From the NCBI GenBank assembly GCA_951406725.2, contig OX597815.1, forward strand, positions 215,450,001 through 215,514,000: a DNA stretch of 64,000 nucleotides, given 5' to 3'. Source of the DNA: Octopus vulgaris. Taxonomy: Eukaryota. The translations under genes were made by a program, and so were the position numbers. The stretch's first letter is position 1. Each line of letters begins with the position of its first letter. The notes beneath the pieces were generated by a model. The model ran no database searches and was not told the DNA's origin. It was given only the letters and a program-made list of their open reading frames with translations. Below, piece after piece: positions 25,155-37,700 of the stretch.

Positions 25155-27331
25155 CTTCCTGGAAATTTGGTCGAAAACGTTATGTGAAGTTCCGAGGATT
25201 TTCCAACTTCCTGGAAATTTGGTCGAAAACTTCATGGAGAATTATGAGGATTTTCCAACTTCCCGGAAATTTGGTCGAAAACTTCATGGCAAGTTTTCGA
25301 ACAAATTTTCAGGTTGTAGGGGGAATATACGAAACTTTCCATGAAATCATCGGAACATCTCCAGGAAGTTTTCCATCAAATTTTTAGTAACATGGGGAAT
25401 CTCCGGAATATCCCATGAAATCATCGGAATTTTTCGAATAAATTTTTCAAGGAACTCGGTGAATCCTCGAAATTTTCCAAGAATTTCCCGAACAAATTTC
25501 AGGAAGTTGGAAAATCCTCGGAACTTCCCATGAAATTTTCGACCAACTTCCTGGAAATTTGGTCGAAAATACTCGGAACTCTCCATGAAGTTTTAAACCA
25601 AAATTCCAGGAAGTTGAGAAATCCTCGGAACTTCCCATGAAATTTTCGACCAAATTTCCAAGAAGTTAGAAAAGCCATGGAACTTCCCATGACATTTTCG
25701 ACCAAATTTACAGGAAGTTGGAAAACCTCGGAACTTCCCATGAAAATTTCGACCAAATTTCCAGGAAGTTAGAAAATCCTTGGAAATTTCCAAGAAATTG
25801 TCGACCAAATTTCCAGCAAGTTAGAAAATCCCCGGAACTTCCTATGAAGTTTTCGACCAAATTTCGAGGGAGTTAAAAAATCATTGGAAATTTCCATGAA
25901 ATTTTCGACCAAATTTCCAAGAAGTTTGAAAATCAGACCAGATTCCCAGGAAGTTAGAAAATCTTTGGAAATTCCCATCAAATTTTCGACCAAATTTACA
26001 GGAACTCGGAAAATCTCGGAACTTCCCATGAAAATTTCGACCAAATTTCCAGGAGGTTAGAAAATTCTTGGAAATTTCCAAGAAATTGTCGACCAAATTT
26101 CCAGGAATTTACAAAATCCATGGAAATTTCCACGAAAATTTCGACCAAATTTCTAAGAAGTTTAAAAATCAGACCAGATTTCCAAGAAGTTAGAAAATCT
26201 TTGGAAATTCCCATGAAATTTTCGACCAAATTTACAGGAAGTTGGAAAACCTCGGAACTTCCGATGAAATTTTCGACCAAATTTCCAGGAAGTTAGAAAT
26301 TCCCGGAACTACCCATGAAATTTTTGACCGAATTTCCAAGATGTTAGAAAAACCTCGGAACTTCCCGTAAAGCCTTCGACCAGTTTTCCAGGAAGTTAGA
26401 AAATCTTTGGAAATTCCCATGAAATTCATGGCTATTTGGCTAGCTTATTTGGGTTGGCTATTTGTGTGTGCTATTTGTGTCTGCTATTTGGGTTGGCTAT
26501 TTGTGTTAGCTATCTGGAATTTGTGTGTGCTATTTGTGTCTGCTATTTGGGTTGGCTATTTGTGTTAGCTATCTGGAATTTTCGACCAAATTTCCAGGAA
26601 GTTAGAAAATCCTCGGAACTTCCCATGAAGTTTTCGACCCAATTATAAGTGAGTTAGAAAATTCCTCGGAACATCCCATGACAATTTTCGACCAAATTTC
26701 AAGGAAGTTAGAAAATCCTTGAGAATTCCTATGAAGTTTTCGACTGAATTTGCCAGGGAGTTAGAAAATCCTCGGAACTTTCCATGAAGTTTTCGACCAA
26801 ATTTACAGGAAGTTGGAAAATCCTTGGAAATTTCCATGAAATTTTCTACCAAATTTCAAGGAAGTTAGAAAATCCTTGAGAATTCCTATGAAGTTTTCGA
26901 CTGAATTTGCCGGAAGTTAGAAAATCCTCGGAACTTTCCAAAATTTTTCGACCAGATTTCCAGGGAGTTAGAAAATCTTTGGAAATTCCCATGAAATTTT
27001 CAAGATGTTAGAAAAACCTCGGAACTTCCCGTAAAGCTCGACCAGTTTTCCAGGAAGTTAGAAAATCTTTGGAAATTCCCATGAAATTCATGGCTATTTG
27101 GCTAGATTATTAGGGTTGGCTATTTGTGTGTGCTATTTGTGTCTGCTATTTGGGTTGGCTATTTGTGTTAGCTATCTGGAATTTGTGTGTGCTATTTGTG
27201 TCTGCTATTTGGGTTGGCTATTTGTGTTAGCTATCTGGAATTTTCGACCAAATTTCCAGGAAGTTAGAAAATCCTCGGAACTTCCCATGAAGTTTTCGAC
27301 CCAATTATAAGTGAGTTAGAAAATTCCTCGG
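25155..27331. repeat. Satellite B array (reverse to about 25290, then forward) with two roughly 148-bp satellite C inserts (26429-26576, 27091-27238)
   Basis: 52-bp units. The insert-containing segment is duplicated at a 662-bp offset (ORFs 26436 and 27098). Confidence 0.9.
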
Positions 27332-27339
27332 ATAAAACA

Positions 27340-27458
27340 TGTTCAAACCGGTACAAACCGAATCAAAGCGGTTCAAACCGGATCAAACCGGATCAAATCG
27401 GTTCAAACCGGTTCAAACCGGATCAAACCGGTAGAAACCGATTCAAACCAGTTCAAAC
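27340..27458. repeat. Satellite D (10-bp) array, copy 2
   Basis: AAACCGG(T/A)TC units; shares the variant ACCGAATCAAAGCGGTTC with copy 1. Confidence 0.9.
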
Positions 27459-27488
27459 ATAGATAAAAGATTGTGCCGACATAGATCA

Positions 27489-28712
27489 AACATTCCTACC
27501 TCCACTTCTTCCCCTTTATTTCTCAAATCCCCCTCTCTGGAATGTTCAACATTCCTACCTTCACTTCTTCCCCTTCATTTCTCAAATCCCCCTATCTGGA
27601 ATGTTCAACATTCCTATATCCCATTTCTCCCCTTCATTTCTCAAATCCCCCTCTCTGGAATGTTCAACATTCCTACATCCCCTTCCTCCCCTTCAATTCT
27701 CAAATTCCCCTCTCTGGAATGTTCAACATTCCTACATCCCCTTCCTCCCCTTCATTTCTCAAATACCCCTCTCTGGAATGTTCAACATTCCTACCACCAC
27801 TTCTTCCCCTTCATTTCTGAAATCCTCCTCTCTGGAATGTTCAACATTCCTACATCCCCTTCCTCCCCTTCATTTCTCAAATACCCCTCTCTGGAATGTT
27901 CAACATTTCTACATCCCCTTCCTCCCCTTCATTTCTCAAATACCCCACTCTGGAATATTCAACATTCCGACATCCCCTTCCTCCCCTTCATTTCTCAAAT
28001 ACCCCTCTCTGGAATGTTCAACATTCCTACATCCCCTTCCTCCCCTTCATTTCTCAAATACCCCTCTCTGGAATGTTCAACATTCCTACATCCCCTTCCT
28101 CCCCTTCATTTCTCAAATACCCCTCTCTGGAATGTTCAACATTCCTACATCCCATTCCTCCCCTTCATTTCTCAAATACCCCCCTCTGGAATGTTCAACA
28201 TTCCTACATCCCATTCCTCCCCTTCATTTCTCAAATACCCCTCTCTGGAATGTTCAACATTCCTACATCCCCTTCCTCCTCTTCATTTCTCAAAACCCCT
28301 ATCTGGAATATTCAACATTCCTACATCCCCTTCCTCCCCTTCATTTCTCAAATCCCCCTCTCTGGAATGTTCAACATTTCTACATCCCCTTCCTCCCCTT
28401 CATTTCTCAAATACCCCTCTCTGGAATATTCAACATTCCTACATCCGCTTCCTCCCCTTCATTTCTCAAATCCCCCTCTCTGGAATGTTCAACATTCCTA
28501 CATCCCCTTCCTCCCCTTCATTTTGCAAAACCCCCCCCCCTATCTGGAATGTTCAACATTCCTACCTCCCCTTCCTCCCCTTCACTTCTCAAATCCCCCT
28601 CTCTGGAATGTTCAAGATTCCTACCTCCCCTTCCTCCCCTTCACTTCCCAAATCCCCTACCCCTTCCTCCCCTTCATTCCCAAATCCCCGTCTCTGGAAT
28701 GTTCAACATTCC
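27489..28712 (+). repeat. Satellite E (59-bp) array, copy 2, about 21 units
   Basis: Same unit as 12112-12805. Confidence 0.95.
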
Positions 28713-31700
28713 TGGCTAGGCTATTAGGCTTGGCTATTTGGGTTGGTTATTTGTGTTTGCTATTTTCGCTTGGCTATTTGGTTTGTCTATTTTGGTTGGC
28801 AATTTGGCTTGGCTTTTTGGCTAGGCTATTTGGCTTGGGTATTTGGGTTGGTTATTTGTGTTTGGTATTTTTGGTTGGCTATTTGGGTTTGCTTTTTGGC
28901 CTGGCAATTTGGATTGGCTTTTTGGCTTGGCTACTTGGTTTCCATATTTGGATTGTCTATTTTGCTTGACTATTTGGCTTGTCTAACAGGGTTGGCTATT
29001 TGTGTGTGATTTTTGGGATGGCTATTTGGCTTGGCTATTTGAGTTGGCTATTTTGATTGGCTTTTTGGGTTGGCTATTTGGGTTTGCTATTTGGGTTGGC
29101 TATTTAGCTTGGCTATTTGGTTTGCCTTTTTGGGTTGTCTATTTGGGTTGTCTATTTGGCTTGGCTATTTGGGTTGGCTGTTTGGGTTGGCTATTTCGGT
29201 TTGCTATTTGGCTTGGCTATTTGGCTTGGCTACTTGGGTTGGGTATTTGTGTGTGCTTTTTGCGATGGCTATTTGGCTTAGCTATTTGGCTAGTTTATTT
29301 GGGTTGGCTATTTGGGTTAGCTATTTAAATGGCTATTTGGATTTACTTTTTGGGTTGGCTATTTTGCTAGGTTATTTGGGTTGGCTATTTGGGTTTGCTA
29401 TTTGATTTTGCTATATTGATTGGCTTTTTGAGTTGGCTATTTGTGTTTGCTATTTGGGTTGTCTATTTTGGGTTTGCTATTTGGCTTGGCAATTTGGCTT
29501 GGCTATTTGTGTTGGCTATTTTGGGTTGCTATTTGACTTGGCTATTTGGCTATTTCGGTTTGCTATTAGTGTTGGCTATTTGGTTTTGCTATTTGGCTTG
29601 GCTGTTTGGGTTGGCTATTTGGGTTGGCTCTTTGGCTTTGCTATTTCGGTTGGATATTTGGGTTGGCTTTTTGGGTTGGTTATTTGGGTGAGCTATTTGG
29701 CTTTGCTGTTAGGGTTGGCTATTTGGGCTTCCTATTTGGGTTGGCTATTTGGCTGTTTGCTATTTGGCTTGGCTTTTGGGCTAGGCTATTTGGCTTGGCT
29801 ATTTGGGTTGGCTATTTGGGTTTGCTATTTGGGTTGGCTATTTGTGTTTGCTATTTTGCTAGGCAATTTGGCTTGGCTATTTGGGTTGGCTATGTGGGTT
29901 GGCTATTTGGGTTAGCTATTTGACTTGACTATTTGGGTTGACTATTTGGGTTTGCTATTAGTGTTGGCTATTTGGCTTAGCTCTTTGGCTAGGCTATTTG
30001 GGTAGGTTATTTGGGTTGGCTATTTGGGTTAGCTATTTGAGTTGGCTATTTTGATTGGCTTTTTAGGTTGGCTATTTGGCTAGGCTACTTGGGTTGGCTA
30101 TATATGTTTGCTATTTAGGTTGGCTATTTGGGTTTGCTTTTTGGGTTGGCAATTTGGTTTGGCTATTTGGGTTGGCTATTTGGGTTAGCTATTTGACTTG
30201 GCTATATGGTTGGCTACTTGGGTTTGCTATTAGTGCTGGCTATTTGTCTAGTCTATTTGGGTTGGCTATTTGTGCTTGCCTTTTTGGGTTTGCTATTTGG
30301 GTTGGCTATTTGGGTTGGCTATTTTGCTTTGCTAATTGGTTTGCTTATTTGGCTTTGCTATTTGGGTATGCTCATTAGGTTGGCTATTTTGGTTTGCTAT
30401 TTTGCTTGGCTATTTGGGTTGTCTATTTGGCTAGGCTATTTAGGTTGGCTATTTGTGTTTGCTATTTGGTTTGGCTATTTGGTTTGTTATTTGGCTTGGC
30501 TATTTGGTTTGGCTATTGGTGTTTGCTATTTGGCTTGGCTATTGGTGTTTGCTATTTGGGTATGCTATTTAGGTTGGCTGTTTTGGTTTGCAATTTGGCT
30601 TGGCTATTTGGGTTGGCTATTTGGGTATGCTTTTTGTGTTGGCTATTTGGCGAATTTGGCTAGCTATTTGGCTTGGCTGTTTTGGTTTGGCTATTTTTCT
30701 TTGCTCTTTGGGTTTTCTATTTGGGTTTGATTTTTGGGTTGGCTATTTGTGTTGGCTATTTGGCTTAGCATTTGGGTAGGCTATTTGGCGTCGCTATTTG
30801 GCCTGGCTTTTTCGCTTGGCAATTTTGCTTGGCAGTTTGGGTTGGGTTTTTGTGTTGGCTATTTGGGTTAGCTATTTGGGTTGGCTATTTGGCTTTTCTA
30901 CTTGGGTTGGCTATTCGGGTCGGATTTTTTGGTTGGCTATTTGGCTTTGCTATTTCGGTTGGATATTTGGGTTAGCTATTTGGCTTTGCTGTTAAGGTTG
31001 GCTATTTGGGCTTCCTATTTGGGTTGGCTATTTGGCTATTTGCTATTTGGCTTGGCTATTTGGCTTGGCTTTTGGGCTAGGCTATTTGGCTTGGTCATTT
31101 AGCTTGGCTATTTGGGTTGGCTATTTGTGTTTGCTATTTGGGTTGGCATTTTGTGTTTGGTATTTTGCTAGGCTATTTGGCTTGGCTATTTGGGTTTGCT
31201 ATTTGGGTTAGCTATTTGACTTGACTTTTTGGGTTGACTATTTGGGTTTGCTATTAGTGTTGGCTAGTTGGCTTAGCTATTTGGCTAGGCTATTTGGGTA
31301 GGTTATTTGGGTTGGCTATTTGGGTTAGCTATTTTAGTTGGCTATTTTGATTGGCTTTTTGGGTTGGCTATTTGGGTTTGCTTTTTGGGTTGGGTATTTG
31401 TGTTTGCTATTTGGGTTTGCTTTTTGGGTTGGCAATTTGTCTTGGCTATTTGGGTTGGATATTTGGGTTGGCTATTTGGGTTAGCTATTTGACTTGGTTA
31501 TATTGTGGCTATTTGGGTTTGCTATTAGTGCTGGCTATTTGTCTAGGCTATTTGTGCTTGCCTATTTGGGTTTGCTATATGGGTTGGCTATTTCGCTTTG
31601 CTAATTGGTTTGCTTATTTGGGTTTGCTATTTGGGTATGCTATTTAGGTTGGCTATTTTGGTTTGCTATTTTGCTTGGCTATTGGTGTTGGCTATTTGGG

Positions 31701-34700
31701 TATGCTATTTAGGTTGGCTATTTTGGTTTGCTATTTGGCTTGGCTATTTGGTTTGTCTACTTGGGTATGCTATTTGTGTTGTTTATTTGGCTTCGAATTT
31801 GGCTAGGCTATTTGGCGTCGCTATTTGGCTAGGCTGTTTGGTTTGGCTATTTTTCTTTGCTATTTGGGTTGTCTATTTGGGTTGGCTTTTTGGGTTGGCT
31901 TTTTGTGTTGGCTGTTTGGCTTAGCATTTAGGTAGGCTTTTTGGCCTGGCTTTTTGGCTTGGCTATTTGGCTTGGCAGTTTGGGTTGGCTTTTGGGTTGG
32001 CTATTTGGGTTAGCTATTTGGGTTGGCTATTTGGCTTTTCTACTTGGGTTGGCTATTCGGGTCGGATTTTTTGGCTGGCTATTTGGGTTAGAAATTTCGG
32101 TTGGCTCATTGGGTATTTGCTATTTATCTTGGCAATTTGGCTTGGCTTTTGGCTAGGCTCTTTGGTTTGGCTATTTGGCTTGGCTATTTGAGTTGGCTAT
32201 TTGGGTTGGCTATTTGTGTCTGCTTTTTGGGATGGCTATTTGTCTTAGCTTTTTTGCTAGGTTATTTGGGTTGGCTATTTGGGTTAGCTATTTAGATTGG
32301 TTTTTTGGGTTGGCTATTTGGCTAGGCTATTTTGGTTGGCTATTTGTGTTTGCTGTTTGGGTTGGCTATTTGGGTTTGCTATTTGGCTTGGCAATTTGGC
32401 TTGGCTATTTGGGTAGGCTATTTTAGGTTGCTATTTGACTTGGCTATTTGGCTTCGCTATTTCGGTTTGCTATTAGTGTTGGCTATGTGGTTTTGCTATT
32501 TGGCTTGGCTTTTTGGCTTGGCTATTTGGCTTGGCTGTTTGGGTTGGCTATTTGGGTTGGCTATTTGGCTTTGCTATTTCGGTTGGATATTTGGGTTGGC
32601 TTTTTGGGTTGGCTATTTGGGTTAGCTATTTGGCTTTGCTGTTAGGGTTGGCTATTTGGGCTTCCTATTTGGGTTGGCTATTTGGCTATTTGCTATTTGG
32701 CTTGGCTTTTGGGCTAGGCTATTTGGCTTGGTTATTTAGCTTGGCTATTTGGGTTGGCTATTTGTGTTTGTTATTTGGGTTGGCTTTTTGTGTTTGCTAT
32801 TTTGCTAGGCTATTTGGCTTGGCTATTTGGGTTTGCTATTTGGGTTAGCTATTTGACTGGACTATTTGGGTTGACTATTTGGGTTTGCTATTAGTGTTGG
32901 CTATTTGGCTTAAATATTTGGCTAGGCTATTTTGATTGGCTTTTTGGTTTGGTTATTTGGCTAGGCTACTTGGGTTGGCTATATGTGTTTGCTATTTGGG
33001 TTGGCTATTTGGGTTTGCTTTTTGGGTTGGCAATTTGGCTTGGCTATTTGGCTTGGCTATTTGGGTTAGCTATTTGACTTGGTTATATGGTTGGCTATTT
33101 GGGTTTGCTATTAGTGCTGGCTATTTGTCTAGGCTATTTGAGTTGGTTTTTTGTGCTTTCCTATTTGGGTTTGCTATTTGGGTTGGTTATTTTGCTTGGT
33201 TCTTTGGCTTGGCTATTTGGGTTGGCTATTTGTGTTTGCTATTTTGGGTTGGCTATTTGGGTTTGCTTTTTGGCTTGGCAAATTGGCTTGACTATTTGGA
33301 TTGCCTATTTGGGTTGTCTATATTGGTTGTCTATTTTGCTTGATTATTTGGCTTGGCTATGTGGGTAGGCTATTTGTGTGTGCTATTTTGATTGGCTTTC
33401 TGGAATGGCTATTTGGCTTGGCTATTTGGGTATGCTATTTGTGTGTGCTTTTTGGGATGGCTATTTGGCTTGGCTATTTGGCTAGATTATTTGGGTTGGC
33501 TATTTGTGTGTGCTACTTGTGTCTGCTATTTGGGTTGGCTATTTGGGTTTGCTATTTGGCTTGGCAATTTGGCTTGGCTATTAGGGTTGGCTAAAATGAC
33601 TTAGCAGAGCGAGATCGATATTGCTATTTGGGTTGGCTATTTGGGTATGCTATTTGGGTTGGCTATTTTGGTTTGCTATTTGGCTTGTCTATTTGTGTTG
33701 GCTATTTGGGTATGTTATTTGTGTTTGGCTATTTGGGTTGGCTATTTGGGTTGGCTATTTTGGTTAGCAATTTGGCTAGGCTATTTTGGTTCGCTATTTG
33801 TGTTTGCTATTAGTGTTGGCTATTTGGGTTGGCTATTCGAGTTTGCTATTTGGGTTTGCTATTTGGGTTGGCTATTTTGGTTGTCTCTTTGGCTTGGCTA
33901 TTTGGATTGGCTGTTTGGGTTGGCTATTTCGGTTTGCTCTTTGGCTTGACTATTTGACTTGGCTATTTGGGTTGGGTATTTGTGTGTGCTTTTTCGCTTG
34001 GCTATTTGGCTTAGCTATTTCGCTTGGCTATATAGGTTGGCTGTTTGGGTTTGCTATTAGTGCTGGCTATTTGTCTTAGCTATTTGGCTAGGCTTTTTGG
34101 GTTGGATATTTGTGTTTGTTAATTTGGGTTGGCTATTTGGGTTTGCTATTTGAGTTGGCTATTTTGATAGGATTATACGGTTGGCTATTTGGCTAGGCTA
34201 TTTTGGTTGGCTACTTGACTAGGCTATTTGGGTTGGCTATTTGTGTTTGCAATTTGGGTTTGCTTTTTGGTTTGGCTATTTGGGTTAGCTATTTCGCTTG
34301 GCTATATGGGTTGGCTATTTGGTTTTTCTATTAGTGCTGGCTATTTGTCTAGGCTATTTGGCTAGGCTATTTGGGTTGGCTTTTTGTGTTTGCTATTTGG
34401 GTCGGCTATTTGTGTTGGCTATTTTGCTTGGCTATTTGGTTTGCTTGTTTGGGTTTGCTATTTGGGTATGCTATTTAGGTTGGGTATTTTGGTTTGCTAT
34501 TTTGCTTGGCTATTTGGGTTTGCTATTTGGCTACGCTATTTATGTTCGCTATTTGTGTTTACTATTTGGGTTTGCTATTTGGGTTTGCTTTTTGGCTTGA
34601 CAAATTGGCTTGGCTATTTCGGTTGGCTATTTTAGTTTGCTATTTGGCTTGGCTACTTGTGTTGGCTATTTGGGTATGCTATTTAGGTTGGCTATTTGGG

Positions 34701-37700
34701 TATGCTATTTGTGTTGGCTATTTTGCTTAGCATTTGGCTAGGCTATTTGGCGTCGCTATTTGACTTGGCTTTGTAGCTTGTTTATTTGTGTTAGCTATTT
34801 GGGTTGGCTATTTTGCTTTGCTTTTTGGGTTGGCTATTTGGGCTTCCTATTTGGGTTGGCTATTTGGCTATTTGCTATTTGGCTTGGCTATTTGGCTTGG
34901 CTTTTGGGCTAGGCTATTTGGCTTGGCTATTTGGGTTGGCTATTTGTGTTTGCTATTTGGGTTGGCTATTTGTGTTTGCTATTTTGCTAGGCTATTTGGC
35001 TTGGCTATTTGGGTTGGCTATTTGGGTTAGCTATTTGACTTGACTTTTTGGGTTGACTATTTGGGTTTGCTATTAGTGTTGGCTAGTTGGCTTAGCTATT
35101 TGGCTAGGCTATTTGGGTAGGTTATTTGGGTTGGCTATTTGGGTTAGCTATTTTAGTTGGCTATTTTGATTGGCTTTTTGGGTTGGCTATTTGGCTGGGC
35201 TACTTGGGTTGGGTATTTGTGTTTGCTATTTGGGTTTGCTTTTTGGGTTGGCAATTTGTCTTGGCTATTTGGGTTGGCTATTTGGGTTGGCTATTTGGGT
35301 TAGCTATTTGACTTGGCTATATTGTGGCTATTTGGGTTTGCTATTAGTGCTGGCTATTTGTCTAGGCTATTTGTGCTTGCCTATTTGGGTTTGCTATATG
35401 GGTTGGAAATTTCGCTTTGCTAATTGGTTTGCTTATTTGGGTTTGCTATTTGGGTATGCTATTTAGGTTGGCTATTTTGGTTTGCTATTTTGCTTGGCTA
35501 TTGGTGTTGGCTATTTGGGTAAGCTATTTAGGTTGGCTATTTTGGTTTGCTATTTGGCTTGGCTATTTGGTTTGTCTACTTGGGTATGCTATTTGTGTTG
35601 TTTATTTGGCTTCGAATTTGGCTAGGCTATTTGGCGTTGCTATTTGGCTAGGCTGTTTGGTTTGGCTATTTTTCTTTGCTATTTGGGTTGTCTATTTGGG
35701 TTGGCTTTTTGGGTTGGCTTTTTGTGTTGGCTGTTTGGCTTAGCATTTAGGTAGGCTTTTTGGCCTGGCTTTTTGGCTTGGCTATTTGGCTTGGCAGTTT
35801 GGGTTGGCTTTTTGGGTTGGCTATTTGGGTTAGCTATTTGGGTTGGCTATTTGGCTTTTCTACTTGGGTTGGCTATTCGGGTCGGATTTTTTGGCTGGCT
35901 ATTTGGGTTAGAAATTTCGGTTGGCTAATTGGGTATTTGCTATTTATCTTGGCAATTTGGCTTGGCTTTTTGGCTAGGCTCTTTGGTTTGGCTATTTGGC
36001 TTGGCTATTTGAGTTGGCTATTTGGGTTGGCTATTTGTGTCTGCTTTTTGGGATGGCTATTTGTCTTAGCTTTTTTGCTAGGTTATTTGGGTTGGCTATT
36101 TGGGTTAGCTATTTAGATTGGTTTTTTGGGTTGGCTATTTGGCTAGGCTATTTTGGTTGGCTATTTGTGTTTTCTGTTTGGCTTGGCTATTTGGGTTTGC
36201 TATTTGGCTTGGCAATTTGGCTTGGCTATTTGGGTAGGCTATTTTGGGTTGCTATTTGACTTGGCTATTTGGCTTGGCTATTTCGGTTTGCTATTAGTGT
36301 TGGCTATGTGGTTTTGCTATTTGGGTTGGCTTTTTGGCTTGGCTATTTGGCTTGGCTGTTTGGGTTTGCTATTTGGGTTGGCTATTTGGCTTTGCTATTT
36401 CGGTTGGATATTTGGGTTGGCTTTTTGGGTTGGCTATTTGGGTTAGCTATTTGGCTTTGCTGTTAGGGTTGGCTATTTGGGCTTCCTATTTGGGTTGGCT
36501 ATTTGGCTATTTGCTATTTGGCTTGGCTATTTGGCTTGGCTTTTGGGCTAGGCTATTTGGCTTGGTCATTTAGCTTGGCTATTTGGGTTGGCTATTTGTG
36601 TTTGCTATTTGGGTTGGCTATTTGTGTTTGCTATTTTGGCTAGGCTATTTGGCTTGGCTATTTGGGTTTGCTATTTGGGTTAGCTATTTGACTGGACTAT
36701 TTGGGTTGACTATTTGGGTTTGCTATTAGTGTTGGCTAGTTGGCTTAAATATTTGGCTAGGCTATTTTGATTGGCTATTTGGTTGGGTATTTGGCTAGGC
36801 TACTTGGGTTGGCTATATGTGTTTGCTATTTGGGTTGGCTATTTGGGTTTGCTTTTTGGGTTGGCAATTTGGCTTGGCTATTTGGCTTGGCTATTTGGGT
36901 TAGCTATTTGACTTGGCTATATGGTTGGCTATTTGGGTTTGCTATTAGTGCTGGCTATTTGTCTAGGCTATTTGAGTTGGTTTTTTGTGCTTTCCTATTT
37001 GGGTTTGCTTTTTGGGTTGGCTATTTTGCTTGGCTATTTGGGTTGGCTATTTGTGTTTGCTATTTTGGGTTGGCTATTTGGGTTTGCTTTTTGGCTTGGC
37101 AATTTGGCTTGACTATTTGGATTGCCTATTTGGGTTGTCTATATTGGTTGTCTATTTTGCTTGACTATTTGGCTTGGCTATGTGGGTAGGCTATTTGTGT
37201 GTGCTATTTTGATTGGCTTTCTGGAATGTCTATTTGGCTTGGCTATTTGGGTATGCTATTTGTGTGTGCTTTTTGGGATGGCTATTTGGCTTGGCTATTT
37301 GGCTAGATTATTTGGGTTGGCTATTTGTGTGTGCTATTTGTGTCTGCTATTTGGGTTGGCTATTTGGGTTTGCTATTTGGCTTGGCAATTTGGCTTGGCT
37401 ATTAGGGTTGGCTATTTTGGTTTCCTATTTGGCTTTGCTATTTGGGTTGGCTATTTGGGTATGCTATTTGGGTTGGCTATTTTGGTTTGCTATTTGGCTT
37501 GTCTATTTGTGTTGGCTATTTGGGTATGCTATTTGTGTTTGGCTATTTGGGTTGGCTATTTGGGTTGGCTATTTTGGTTAGCAATTTGGCTTGGCTATTT
37601 TGGTTGGCTATTTGTGTTTGCTATTAGTGTTGGCTATTTGGCTTAGCTATTTGGCTTGGCTATTTGGGTTGGCTATTCGAGTTTGCTCTTTGGGTTTGCT

